From the IMG/VR virus record IMGVR_UViG_2861064056_000003: a stretch of DNA of 42,396 bases; one strand, written 5' to 3'. Below the pieces are notes generated by a model. That model saw nothing but the letters and a program-made list of their open reading frames with translations. It ran no database searches and was not told the DNA's origin. This DNA comes from a virus. Lineage: Duplodnaviria; Heunggongvirae; Uroviricota; Caudoviricetes. Of this stretch, positions 27,243 to 36,100 are shown in pieces (positions within the stretch are counted from its first letter, which is position 1; each line of letters opens with the position of its first letter). Made by a program: the position numbers and the translations under genes.

Positions 27243-27941
27243 TTATATTTTTCCATATTTTTTTCCGTCAAATCGAATCATGCCAGGATCAAGAAAATTA
27301 ATTAAATCGATTAACGCGTGCTGTATTCTGATTAGCCTTTCTTTATAAATTCCGATATCTCTTGTCATATTTATCACTTCATTGTTTAAATCTAAAAAAA
27401 ATGGCTCATTGATAAAGCAATTTTCCTTTGTGAAACTGCCGTAACCTATGCAATCAAATCCAGTATCTGTTGATATCAGCATCTTTTCTGCAATAGCTCT
27501 CTGCTCTCCTATGAAAAACATAAAATACTGACCAAAGACGTCTGTTTGGATTAATGAGTTAATATTGTTCTGTAATCTAATAAACTCCCTCATTTTTTTA
27601 TTTTTTTCTAGGCTAAGGTATTGAATGTCTATGCGGGCAGCTTCTGTCCATGCAAAAAACTGGGAAAAAAGAAAAACAGTATTGTTGATAACATAATCTT
27701 GTTGGCGCTTATTCCCATTATGATAAAACTCTTCAATGAACCCCAATTCTAATATATTATAAATACGGCTTTGTAAGTCTGAAGCTGAGCGAATTAACGG
27801 TTCAATATAGTACTGATGTTTTCTCCTTACATCCAGTGATTCATTGAGCTTGTTTATTCTATTCTGATTATAAGTAGATATAGCAATAGAGATTATAGCT
27901 ATTGCACCACTAATAAAGCTTGAAATTAATGCCGTACCCAT
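27243..27941 (-). CDS. Hypothetical membrane-anchored protein (232 aa), low GC, no recognised family
   Basis: N-terminal hydrophobic segment (ALISSFISGAIAIISIAI); RBS AAGGA; AT-rich codon usage unlike the rest of the prophage. Confidence 0.55.
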   Translation of the reverse strand: MGTALISSFISGAIAIISIAISTYNQNRINKLNESLDVRRKHQYYIEPLIRSASDLQSRIYNILELGFIEEFYHNGNKRQQDYVINNTVFLFSQFFAWTEAARIDIQYLSLEKNKKMREFIRLQNNINSLIQTDVFGQYFMFFIGEQRAIAEKMLISTDTGFDCIGYGSFTKENCFINEPFFLDLNNEVINMTRDIGIYKERLIRIQHALIDLINFLDPGMIRFDGKKYGKI

Positions 27942-28504
27942 CTAAAAGTCCTTTGATTCTTGCTTGGTTAACAAAATGACATAATTTTATTTAATGCCAT
28001 AACAACTTAACAATATATCATAATATGATTATTATGGTGTAGCTTGTCGCATCTACGCTCCATTACAAACAGATGTAAGATATAACCTATATGTTTTAGC
28101 CAGCAAATTCGAAAGCATTCAAAGTAGTCTCATCGAACTCTCGAAACCCTATGTCTTCGGGTATAAAATATTTAAATCCATTTGCATAATATCGACTCAT
28201 GTTTATTATATTCTCCCCATTCACCATTAAGATTTGACATTATTTTCAACAATCGGTTATTGCAAGATTGAAATATATTTTTACTTGACACAATATTCCA
28301 TGTAGCCCAGCGATTCGACTTACCCCCAACTATACGGACAATCTAAATTAAATCGATGATTTTTTGATACATTCTCCTCTCTCCATTACTTTATGTTTTT
28401 GTTCCCCAAAAATACCTTGCTCTCTAAAAAATAATTGTTCTTTAAGTTCAAAATCGAGATCTACATGAGCGTTAGATACAAAGCTAATATGTTGAAATGT
28501 CTTT

Positions 28505-28513
28505 CCCCCCCCC
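28505..28513. repeat. C9 homopolymer (G9 on the minus strand) in AT-rich ORF-free DNA
   Basis: Read directly; on the minus strand the tract follows an ATG opening a 55-codon ORF (28348..28515). Confidence 0.8.
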
Positions 28514-29129
28514 ATAACGGCATTGTTATCTAAACTATGTTACACAAATATAATATTACCCTTTCAACGTAATCCAAGAATAAGATTAATGCCATTATAT
28601 ATATCATAAATATGATATTTTGTATATTTTTATCATTTAGCCTTGATTGTACTAGGTGTACTCTCAACGAAGTAGGGAAAGTCTGTTCCTCGCTCACAGC
28701 TGCCCTTCAGTAAGCGAAAAAATGCCTACTCGGTGCCATATACAGCCATTGTTATTAACAGCAGGGAATAATTCAAAACTGAAATTAAATATCTACCTTT
28801 TACAGTAGAAATAGTTCCTCCAGGACACTATCCATTGCCGGGCACAATCACTCGGGGTATAACGATATAAAATATGTTCATGATAGTGCAGGTTCGTATA
28901 TTAAGTTCAGCAGCGAAAACATGCCTTACAGGTTTCCGGTTTTGGGAGCGTCGTTACAGGATCCTGCGCATACCGTTCCCATCTGTTGAATTAAAGGTTT
29001 CACAGCCTTTGCCGATATCACCTTTTACCTTACCTGTGATGCGTTCAGTGCTCAGCGTTGTTTACTGTAGCTCTCGGGACTGATTACAGACCGCGTCTTA
29101 AAAACCAATCCTTACTCTAAAGGGAATTC

Positions 29130-30053
29130 ATGAGATTAAAATACTCAGTACTCTTACTCGCCATTGCCCTTACAGGCTGTGATAACAAAAAAGATGAGAT
29201 CGGTTGTTCTTCGGAAATAACCCAGTCAGCTCTCATGGATTTATTAAAAAAATCTGCTTATGAAGGACTCTCTGAACAGGTCGATAAATACCCTGATGTC
29301 ACTAATCAGACCAAACGAAGCACACTGGACAAGATCAAACTAGCCATCTCTGAGATCTCCACAACATCAAGTGACACGGGCAGCACAATGAAAACTTGTG
29401 AAGGGACCGTGACGATGACTCTATCTGCGAACGAGTACGTCCAGCTTTCAGATGCTTACAGAAAGAATTTTAATCGTAATCTCGATAAGCAAATGGAAAG
29501 CCTGTTTTTGGAGAACAACGCAAACGCCTTTTCAAAACGTATCACCTACACCGTGCAGGCGACCGACGATCAGAAAAACGTTTTTGTAAAAACCTCTACT
29601 GATAATCCGATATCAGTGGGCGCCGCTTTACTGACATCGCTTTCCATTATCACCCCGATCGTTGAGCAGCAGAAAATCCAGCAGGCTAAGGATGCCCAAC
29701 AGAGTCAAATTGAAGCGGAACAACAGGTGCAACTCAGGGCGCAAGAACAGGCTAAGTATGAGGCGGAGAAGCAAATAGAGAGACAGGCACAACTTCAGCC
29801 GCAAAAAGCTGACAACCTTGATCAGTCCCGAATGGCATTTGCGAATGCCGACTCTGATTTGAGTACCGTCTGGAGCAAGTTAACCCCGGCGAAGAAAAAA
29901 GATTTGCTGCCTTCTCAGCGTCAGTGGATCAAAACTAAGGATGCTATGTGCGGTAAAGTTTCAATGCAGGGAACAGATGCTGAAGTCAAGAAAATGGTCG
30001 ACTGCCAGACGCAAATGACCCTTTCAAGAATCGCTTTCCTCAGAAACCAATAA
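29130..30053 (+). CDS. Lipoprotein with C-terminal DUF1311-like domain (LprI-type lysozyme inhibitor family)
   Basis: Lipobox LTGC after a signal peptide; Q-rich coiled region; C-terminal ..W.KL....K..L...Q..WIK..D..C.. pattern; RBS AAGGGA. Confidence 0.6.
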   Translation: MRLKYSVLLLAIALTGCDNKKDEIGCSSEITQSALMDLLKKSAYEGLSEQVDKYPDVTNQTKRSTLDKIKLAISEISTTSSDTGSTMKTCEGTVTMTLSANEYVQLSDAYRKNFNRNLDKQMESLFLENNANAFSKRITYTVQATDDQKNVFVKTSTDNPISVGAALLTSLSIITPIVEQQKIQQAKDAQQSQIEAEQQVQLRAQEQAKYEAEKQIERQAQLQPQKADNLDQSRMAFANADSDLSTVWSKLTPAKKKDLLPSQRQWIKTKDAMCGKVSMQGTDAEVKKMVDCQTQMTLSRIAFLRNQ

Positions 30054-30067
30054 CTGAAGTCTCCTTC

Positions 30068-30101
30068 AAGCTGGCGCCAGGTGTTAACCTGGTGCCAGCT
30101 T
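30068..30101 (+). terminator. Long imperfect hairpin after the lipoprotein gene
   Basis: AAGCTGGCGCCAGG-tgttaa-CCTGGTGCCAGCTT, 14-bp stem with one mismatch; no clear U-tract. Confidence 0.35.
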
Positions 30102-30131
30102 AGTCATCAAGTGCATATGTAACTGTTTTAT

Positions 30132-30203
30132 ATGGGCGGTACTTTGACAGAGGTATTCGGTCTCGTGCTGGTCGTGGTCAAATACCTTTTTAAGCGCAAA
30201 TAG
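30132..30203 (+). repeat. Copy 2 of the ~75-bp direct repeat; free-standing 23-codon ORF MGGTLTEVFGLVLVVVKYLFKRK
   Basis: ~92% identical to 26709..26780; no upstream RBS. Confidence 0.6.
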
Positions 30204-30227
30204 AGTATTTCCGCCCCAAACAACCTG

Positions 30228-31046
30228 TCAAAATGCTGAATTAGCAACGGATATAGCCGACTTTTTCCCCATTACCATCAATTTATCCAGTGTCATACTT
30301 CGCAGATTGTCGCTGTGGATCACCAGATACCCTGCCCGCTCAGCGATCTCTTTGAAAGCGTCAAAGGTCATCAGATGTTCGCCTTTGGCAACATGGCGCA
30401 TCCCGGTCACTTTTCCATTTTTGATAGTGGTGATAAAAGAAAAATCTGGAATGGTTGGGTGATTTTCATCGAGTAGCAGGCAGTGGATGTATTCAATCGC
30501 CTCTAACATTTGCGTCTGTGACAGTTGTTCTATGTGAGAGACGGCGAAGCGTTGATGAATCATGGTGTAGGCATCGGGATACATCATGCCTTTCTTGCCG
30601 ACCAGTATATTAACGGCATCACGCAAGGGAGTACGGTCATCGGTAGTTGTACTCCGCCTCTCTGGACGCTGGCTAAAATAACAATCTTCCAGCTTTTCGA
30701 AAACTTCCCAGGCCTGTTCTGTTTCCAGCATTTTGGCATGGCGAGCTGCGCCGCGTTCTGTCCAGAGAATGAGGGATCGGGTATGTTTAGCAACTGACTG
30801 ACTATCTGTCAGTCTGTTTTTGAAGTCGCGTAATTCATTACCTTCCAGCTTAAAAAAATGCTTTCCTACGACAAATCTGGCGATGTTGCGCTTGAAGTTT
30901 TGCTGGATACCATTTACTTCCGTGCCATACAAACTGGCAAGCAATTCAGTAGTGATGACGGGAAGTTGGTTATGATGTAGCGGAGAAAGGGATTCCGCAG
31001 ATATTTGGACTGTCATCGCAGTGGCCTCACTTAGTGTTTTTTTCAT
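30228..31046 (-). CDS. Putative phage antirepressor (Ant-like, KilA-N/ORF6N-type N-terminus)
   Basis: 272 aa; N-terminal region resembles antirepressor DNA-binding domains (memory-based); start taken at ATG 31046. Confidence 0.45.
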   Translation of the reverse strand: MKKTLSEATAMTVQISAESLSPLHHNQLPVITTELLASLYGTEVNGIQQNFKRNIARFVVGKHFFKLEGNELRDFKNRLTDSQSVAKHTRSLILWTERGAARHAKMLETEQAWEVFEKLEDCYFSQRPERRSTTTDDRTPLRDAVNILVGKKGMMYPDAYTMIHQRFAVSHIEQLSQTQMLEAIEYIHCLLLDENHPTIPDFSFITTIKNGKVTGMRHVAKGEHLMTFDAFKEIAERAGYLVIHSDNLRSMTLDKLMVMGKKSAISVANSAF

Positions 31047-31077
31047 CACCACCAGCGACGCCAATCATCTGGTGGTG
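31047..31077 (-). promoter_or_regulatory. RNA hairpin abutting the ant start codon
   Basis: Perfect 9-bp inverted repeat CACCACCAG-N13-CTGGTGGTG; on the mRNA the 3' arm ends directly at the AUG and covers the SD-like GGUGGUG. Confidence 0.4.
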
Positions 31078-31177
31078 AGCTGTGCAGGGTTGGCGTAACC
31101 GGCTAAGTGAACCCGGCGCTTCCACAGAAGCCCCCACACAGCCCACCATAATGCGAATGTGGCCGTGCCTAACACAT

Positions 31178-31197
31178 AAAAAAACCGCTAACGCGGC
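31178..31197 (-). terminator. Weak terminator between the nin genes and ant
   Basis: Minus strand CCGCGTTAGCGG hairpin followed by TTTTTTT. Confidence 0.3.
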
Positions 31198-31288
31198 TAT
31201 GCGTCACTTAGATATCCGGGACGCCAATCCCGGCAACCGATTTTGCGGCTGCGCGGAAACTATAGCCCCGGACTTTTTCTAAGTCAAT

Positions 31289-31510
31289 TCAATCAACTTC
31301 AAACCTCCGGTGTTCACATTCCATACACTCAACGGGAACATCATCGCGATGCAAGTCCACATATCCGACCCGCTTATACAACTCAATAATGTCCGGTAAC
31401 GTGACCAGATGTTTTTCCGGTTCCAACACCTCAGCCCGGGTTACTTTGTAATCTGAAATATAGAGCACTATCCGCCCGTTCCGTGGTAACTCCAGTTTAT
31501 CGCCAAACAT
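31289..31510 (-). CDS. Hypothetical nin-region protein
   Basis: 73 aa ORF in the minus-strand early operon. Confidence 0.35.
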   Translation of the reverse strand: MFGDKLELPRNGRIVLYISDYKVTRAEVLEPEKHLVTLPDIIELYKRVGYVDLHRDDVPVECMECEHRRFEVD

Positions 31511-31697
31511 GTCCTTTCCCTCCGGGAAACCAATGATATTGACGATATTACACCCACAACGATTCGTTTTACGTCACTCCGCAATCACCATACATCCGTA
31601 CCAATCCGTACATTCCCACCACAAAAACGATATTTGACAGGCACTGGTAATAGATTTTTAACGCGTGCTATTGCCTTGCGACGTATTTTCAATTCAC

Positions 31698-31922
31698 TCA
31701 TACAGCCTCCCTGCTCTCAAACGGACGAATATTGGTTGGTTCTCCACACGGAATAGCCCAACCCAGCCAGGTAAATATTTTCAGGTCACACATCGCGTCA
31801 TACCGTTCGCCAGGATTCACATCCACCATGCTGCAGGCAATTTCATATTGTTCACCATTATCAGTCAGTGCGATCTGGTCATTAATAAACCGGGGCACAA
31901 ATGCAAGAAAAAGTTCTTTCAT
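31698..31922 (-). CDS. Hypothetical nin-region protein
   Basis: 74 aa ORF; start overlaps the upstream gene's stop. Confidence 0.35.
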   Translation of the reverse strand: MKELFLAFVPRFINDQIALTDNGEQYEIACSMVDVNPGERYDAMCDLKIFTWLGWAIPCGEPTNIRPFESREAV

Positions 31923-32230
31923 GAAATTCTCCGCTCAAAATAAACAAACTGATTCACCGCTCCGATCGGCATTTCGAGTTTTTCTGCGATATCCTGGCGA
32001 TTAATACCCGACTGATGTAATTCCCTTGCCAGCTCGATATCTTCCTGGAGGTATTTCACTGACTGGTGATAATTACCCCGCAGATACATACAGATTTTCA
32101 GCTCGCGCGCTTTTGTGCGTACCGCTGCACCGGTTCTGCCAATAAGCTGCCCTATACGTTCAACTGTCATGCTGCCCGCACATTGTTTGATGATTACGAC
32201 TTCCGCACGCACCCACCGTTTGTATTTCAT
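31919..32230 (-). CDS. Hypothetical DNA-binding protein (possible HTH)
   Basis: 103 aa; QSGINRQDIAEKLEMPIGAVNQFV looks like an HTH; coupled to neighbours. Confidence 0.35.
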   Translation of the reverse strand: MKYKRWVRAEVVIIKQCAGSMTVERIGQLIGRTGAAVRTKARELKICMYLRGNYHQSVKYLQEDIELARELHQSGINRQDIAEKLEMPIGAVNQFVYFERRIS

Positions 32231-32463
32231 TGTTCCATCACCCCTCTCCAGTAGTTCAGACGCTCTCTGAAAAATTCCCGGTACGTATCTGGCGTCATTC
32301 CGATTTGCTCAATCACGCTTCCCCTCGGAATACGTTTCTCAAAGAGTTGGCGGATCAGCGCCGCCGCTCGCATGTCGTAGTGCTCTTTAAGCTGGTATTC
32401 CTGGGGCCATTTGGCGCGGTTGTGTGGTAAGCCGGGCGGCAGGTAATCTGATTGCCCGGCCAT
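32227..32463 (-). CDS. Hypothetical nin-region protein
   Basis: 78 aa ORF with 4-bp overlaps to both neighbours. Confidence 0.35.
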   Translation of the reverse strand: MAGQSDYLPPGLPHNRAKWPQEYQLKEHYDMRAAALIRQLFEKRIPRGSVIEQIGMTPDTYREFFRERLNYWRGVMEQ

Positions 32464-32464
32464 A

Positions 32465-32875
32465 TCACGCCCCTTTCTTTGCTATCGGAGTGATGGAACT
32501 CAGCAGCAGGCGGCAGCGACCAGGCGCGCCAATGCGCTGCCCGGTTATCTTGTCGTAAGTTTCATGCGGTGAGGCACACCAGGTTGTCGCTGTTTCGTGG
32601 AGTTTCACTTGCCGCTCACCATTTCTGCGAATCGCGATCCCGGTGTGCGTTTTGCCCTTACGTTTCACTGCTGGCGCTGCGGCTACGGATGCCTGACGGG
32701 CAGGCTTAGCAGGGGTTGAAAAATTGCCTGCTTTAGGTCTTGGCACAAAAACCGCGCGAGTGCGCGCACGTGGCCCGACGTTCATATTCCACAAAATGAC
32801 GTCGAGATAGTTTTTACCGTCGTCTATGTGTCCTTTGTCCGACGGGTACTCTAATTTGCCTGGAGTGGTGGTCAT
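32465..32875 (-). CDS. Hypothetical protein downstream of the helicase
   Basis: 136 aa; ATG preceded by the conserved CCGAGGAAAGACCA motif. Confidence 0.35.
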   Translation of the reverse strand: MTTTPGKLEYPSDKGHIDDGKNYLDVILWNMNVGPRARTRAVFVPRPKAGNFSTPAKPARQASVAAAPAVKRKGKTHTGIAIRRNGERQVKLHETATTWCASPHETYDKITGQRIGAPGRCRLLLSSITPIAKKGA

Positions 32876-32896
32876 TGGTCTTTCCTCGGTTATTTC

Positions 32897-32910
32897 ACGC
32901 TGGTCAGGCG
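32897..32910 (-). repeat. Intercistronic motif CGCCTGACCAGCG, copy A
   Basis: Directly after the helicase stop and before CCGAGGAAAGACCA-ATG; near-identical copies at 35321..35333 and 37326..37338. Confidence 0.6.
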
Positions 32911-32913
32911 TGG

Positions 32914-34356
32914 TTAAAATTCATTTGTGCGAGAATTATCGCTACGGGAATAACGTTTATTTTTTTCTGAGCGGTCGTTGGTAAGGCGATAAACCTCCTC
33001 ATCGCTGATATCAATAACTGAGCCATTTTTCATCAGGGCATAGGCTGTTCCCGATGGTCCTTCGCGGTTCAGACGTAGCAACATTTCCATGAGATTTGGG
33101 TCGGCATTTTCGTTATAAACAGCATCACGATAGAGGCCAATCCAGACATCGCAATCTTGTTCGATCTGCCCGGTATCTTTACTGTCGCTCGGGTTAGGCC
33201 GCTTATCGGCACGTTCTTCAAGCTTTCGGTTGAGTTGCGTCAGCAGGACCACAACACAATCCAGCTCTTTTGCCAGGTTCTTCAAACCGGTTGTGATATC
33301 GCCATACGCAATATCCCTACGCTCTGCCGATTCGGTCTTCATCAGCGTCAAATAGTCAATTGCCACCAGGCCAACCGAGCCACGCATCCGTTTAACTTTT
33401 CGACATTCAGCGACAATATGCGCAAGGGTTACACCTGCCGTGCTGTCAATCATCATGTTGGATTCGGCAATCTCCCCCGCCTTTGCTATTGCGAGACTCA
33501 ATTCAGATTCATCGTTAGGGCCAAGATAAAAAATCTCCGAATTGACCTTTGCTTCCTGCGCAACCATGCGTTCAATGAGACTTCTGTCAGTCATTTCCAG
33601 GCTAAATACCAGCGTCGGCAAACGATGATTCAGAGCAAAATGCACCGCAATTTTATTAAACGCGGCTGTCTTGCCCATTTTTGGCCGGGCACCAATAACG
33701 ACCAATGAACCTCTTAACGCCTGCTTTGGTGCCATTAAGCGATCAAGGCTTTCGATTCCGAGCGTTAGTCCGGCTGCATGTGCTGGATCATTGAAACGGC
33801 GCTCAAGGTCATCTATCCAGTCATCGACGACTTCACTTGCCGGACGCAAACCGCCCTTATGCCCGGTACGGGAATGTTCGGCCACCTGCCCAATCACTTG
33901 CTGAACGGCGGTGATCCTGTCAGTAGCAGTCATATCTGCAGGCTGGATCATAATCTCCAGACAAGAATTCAACTTTTCCACGGCATAACGAAGAATGGCT
34001 TTTTCACGTACAATTTTCGCGTAGTTGACCATTGAGGCCGGAATCGCCGCCTTACTCATTTCAGCCAGGTATGCGAATCCCCCCACGCGCTCATACAGCC
34101 CCTTCGATTCCATCAGTTCGGTCAGTGTTATCAGGTCAGTTGGTTTATCAGCTTGAAATAATCCTTTGATCTCCCGGTAGATAACCTGATGCGCATTGAT
34201 ATAAAACGTTTCCGGTTTCAGTAACGCAAATACCGCATTGGTTCTGTCGTGGTCGGTATTCAGCATCAGACAGCCCAGAACAGCCTGTTCTGCGTCAACG
34301 CTGTACAGTGCAATCGCGTTATTTATCATTTGCGCGTTCTTCCTTGACCGAAACAT
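32914..34356 (-). CDS. Replicative DNA helicase, DnaB family (P22 gene 12-like)
   Basis: AEQAVLGCLML, Walker A GARPKMGKT, LNRKLEERADKRPNPSDSKDTGQIEQD..YRD.VYNEN match recalled E. coli DnaB. Confidence 0.85.
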   Translation of the reverse strand: MFRSRKNAQMINNAIALYSVDAEQAVLGCLMLNTDHDRTNAVFALLKPETFYINAHQVIYREIKGLFQADKPTDLITLTELMESKGLYERVGGFAYLAEMSKAAIPASMVNYAKIVREKAILRYAVEKLNSCLEIMIQPADMTATDRITAVQQVIGQVAEHSRTGHKGGLRPASEVVDDWIDDLERRFNDPAHAAGLTLGIESLDRLMAPKQALRGSLVVIGARPKMGKTAAFNKIAVHFALNHRLPTLVFSLEMTDRSLIERMVAQEAKVNSEIFYLGPNDESELSLAIAKAGEIAESNMMIDSTAGVTLAHIVAECRKVKRMRGSVGLVAIDYLTLMKTESAERRDIAYGDITTGLKNLAKELDCVVVLLTQLNRKLEERADKRPNPSDSKDTGQIEQDCDVWIGLYRDAVYNENADPNLMEMLLRLNREGPSGTAYALMKNGSVIDISDEEVYRLTNDRSEKNKRYSRSDNSRTNEF

Positions 34357-35074
34357 AGCAGCGTTCGGTAATCAGATAATCAAGATTTTTACGCCGCCAG
34401 AATCCTCCCCTGCCATTTGGCCTGTCCTCCAGCATCCAGCGACAATTGCCACCGATAAATTCCAGATAGGCCCGCCAACGGGACTCATTGAAATTGAATT
34501 TTTTCCAGAAAGTGCGAAGGTGTTTTTTTCTGCCGTCAGTGAGGATTTTCACTGGTGGCATCTCTGGCAAAATCTCGTGATAGGTATCGAGTATCACCTG
34601 ATAATTTATTCTCTGGTCGGCAGGTTGTTGGGTGTCGGCGTCAGCCGATTCACCATCAGTAATAATCTCTGTAGTATTCTCTGTAAGAATGTTTGTTGGT
34701 TTTCCACGTACAGGCCTGGTGGTTTTCCCCTCACCTGTATGTGGTTTTTCCGCATCCTTGTATGCGGACGTAAGTAGCTGGCACAACACATCATTATCGA
34801 TTTTGTAGTACAGCCTGGCAGGCAAGCCCTGTTTACGTTCCAGCAAGACGCCGAGACCACGTAGTTTTTTGCGCGCGCCCTCCTGCTCGTATCGTGAAAG
34901 CCCTGTTTCCTCTTCCCACTCATCCTGGGTTTTATATACCCAGCCGTCGTCAGTTGTTCTGTTTGTCCAGTACGTCAACTGCGACAGAAACAATGCGGCA
35001 GTCACGCCCATTTCAAGACGGATAAAACTTCTCTGGAAGGCTATGGGTCTATCAAGTAACGGGAGGATGTTCAT
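34319..35074 (-). CDS. Replication initiation / replisome organiser protein (O-like)
   Basis: 251 aa; N-terminal region resembles phage replisome-organiser domains; overlaps the helicase start. Confidence 0.55.
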   Translation of the reverse strand: MNILPLLDRPIAFQRSFIRLEMGVTAALFLSQLTYWTNRTTDDGWVYKTQDEWEEETGLSRYEQEGARKKLRGLGVLLERKQGLPARLYYKIDNDVLCQLLTSAYKDAEKPHTGEGKTTRPVRGKPTNILTENTTEIITDGESADADTQQPADQRINYQVILDTYHEILPEMPPVKILTDGRKKHLRTFWKKFNFNESRWRAYLEFIGGNCRWMLEDRPNGRGGFWRRKNLDYLITERCYVSVKEERANDK

Positions 35075-35295
35075 ATGCCCAAAGCCTCTGAGAGAACGCG
35101 ACAGCCAGCCTCATAGGCAGCGCCAGAGAGATTTTGCTCACGCAGTTTCGCTTTTTCTTCTTCGTACTTTTCCCATACAGAACGTGCAGCTGCGACGCGG
35201 CCATCGAATATGGGGCGGATCTCTGCAACATGTGCCGGGCGTCCATTCAGGTGCCAGCCGTTACGCCAGGTAATGCGGTCAATATGTCTTAACAT
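35071..35295 (-). CDS. Hypothetical small early protein
   Basis: 74 aa; ATGA-type overlap with the replication gene; preceded by the conserved GAGGAAAGACC motif. Confidence 0.4.
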   Translation of the reverse strand: MLRHIDRITWRNGWHLNGRPAHVAEIRPIFDGRVAAARSVWEKYEEEKAKLREQNLSGAAYEAGCRVLSEALGI

Positions 35296-35320
35296 CGGTC
35301 TTTCCTCGGTATAAGTTAAA

Positions 35321-35333
35321 CGCTGGTCAGGCG
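35321..35333 (-). repeat. Intercistronic motif CGCCTGACCAGCG, copy B
   Basis: Directly after the YdaT-like stop and before CCGAGGAAAGACCG-ATG. Confidence 0.6.
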
Positions 35334-35334
35334 C

Positions 35335-35811
35335 TCATGCATGGTGGTCTTGCGCAGTGCGTATCACTGCTCCTCGCGTCGCTACCAGCGCCGCTATTGC
35401 TTCGTCAATTTCCTGAATAGTTAACTCTGGCGCGAAGTGGAGATGTACAGCGTTAATCGCTTCCACCCCTTCTTTTGCCGCCAGCGTTGCCAGCAAAACG
35501 GGATCGCCCGGCGACTCCAGACGTGCCCGCCGTTCTGCGGGTAGCACGGCTTTCATCACACTGGCCAGCACCTGAGTTTTTCGGCGCGCCGCCGTTGTCT
35601 CGCCACGTAACCAGCGAAAGATTTTCTGCCGATTGTTGTTGATGGCTCTCCAGTCCACGTTGCCGTCCGCGTCCTCAAATTCATGTAGTCTCAACTCATC
35701 ATTGCGTCCCTGACTGAACCAGGCCCGGCAGATTTCAATCGTGACGAGTTCCTGCCCTGCCCTTGCCGCCCAGGTCAAAATCTCTTTTTGTAATTCCTCT
35801 TGGTTTTCCAT
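35335..35811 (-). CDS. YdaT-like early regulatory protein (CII position)
   Basis: 158 aa; NNNRQKIFRWLRGET resembles the recalled YdaT segment NQQNIYHRWLKGET; RBS AGGAGA. Confidence 0.45.
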   Translation of the reverse strand: MENQEELQKEILTWAARAGQELVTIEICRAWFSQGRNDELRLHEFEDADGNVDWRAINNNRQKIFRWLRGETTAARRKTQVLASVMKAVLPAERRARLESPGDPVLLATLAAKEGVEAINAVHLHFAPELTIQEIDEAIAALVATRGAVIRTAQDHHA

Positions 35812-35833
35812 AGCGTCTCCTGTCGCTAAAAAT

Positions 35834-35849
35834 TGATTACGCTTAATCA
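35834..35849. promoter_or_regulatory. Palindrome TGATTA-CGCT-TAATCA between the cro-like and YdaT-like genes
   Basis: Perfect 6-bp inverted repeat in the 58-bp gap. Confidence 0.25.
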
Positions 35850-35869
35850 GATTTGGGGCTCACCAACAG

Positions 35870-36100
35870 TTAAGCTGCTTCCGTTTTAGGCAAGCTGTCA
35901 TCTGGGTTTGGGTAAAGATCCGGTCTAAGATCATGAGGGGTCACGCGCCATTCAAGAGCTTCAGATGTGCGCAAAACCTCTTCACCGGGAACCCGTCCTT
36001 TGAACCAGAGGCTTACCGTTTGTGGTTTTTTCCCTAATCGCCGCCCTAACTCGGATTGACTCATTACGGAAAGAATTTTGTCTTGCAGTTGTTTATCCAT
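35870..36100 (-). CDS. Cro/YdaS-like HTH regulator
   Basis: Start taken at MDKQ with RBS AAGGAG; SQSELGRRLGKKPQTVSLW HTH; divergent from the repressor gene. Confidence 0.65.
   Translation of the reverse strand: MDKQLQDKILSVMSQSELGRRLGKKPQTVSLWFKGRVPGEEVLRTSEALEWRVTPHDLRPDLYPNPDDSLPKTEAA

Noticed and set aside
31082-31282. Plus-strand 66-aa ORF between ant and the nin genes
   Set aside because: Lies in the ant promoter/terminator region, opposite to the operon and with no RBS; treated as regulatory DNA
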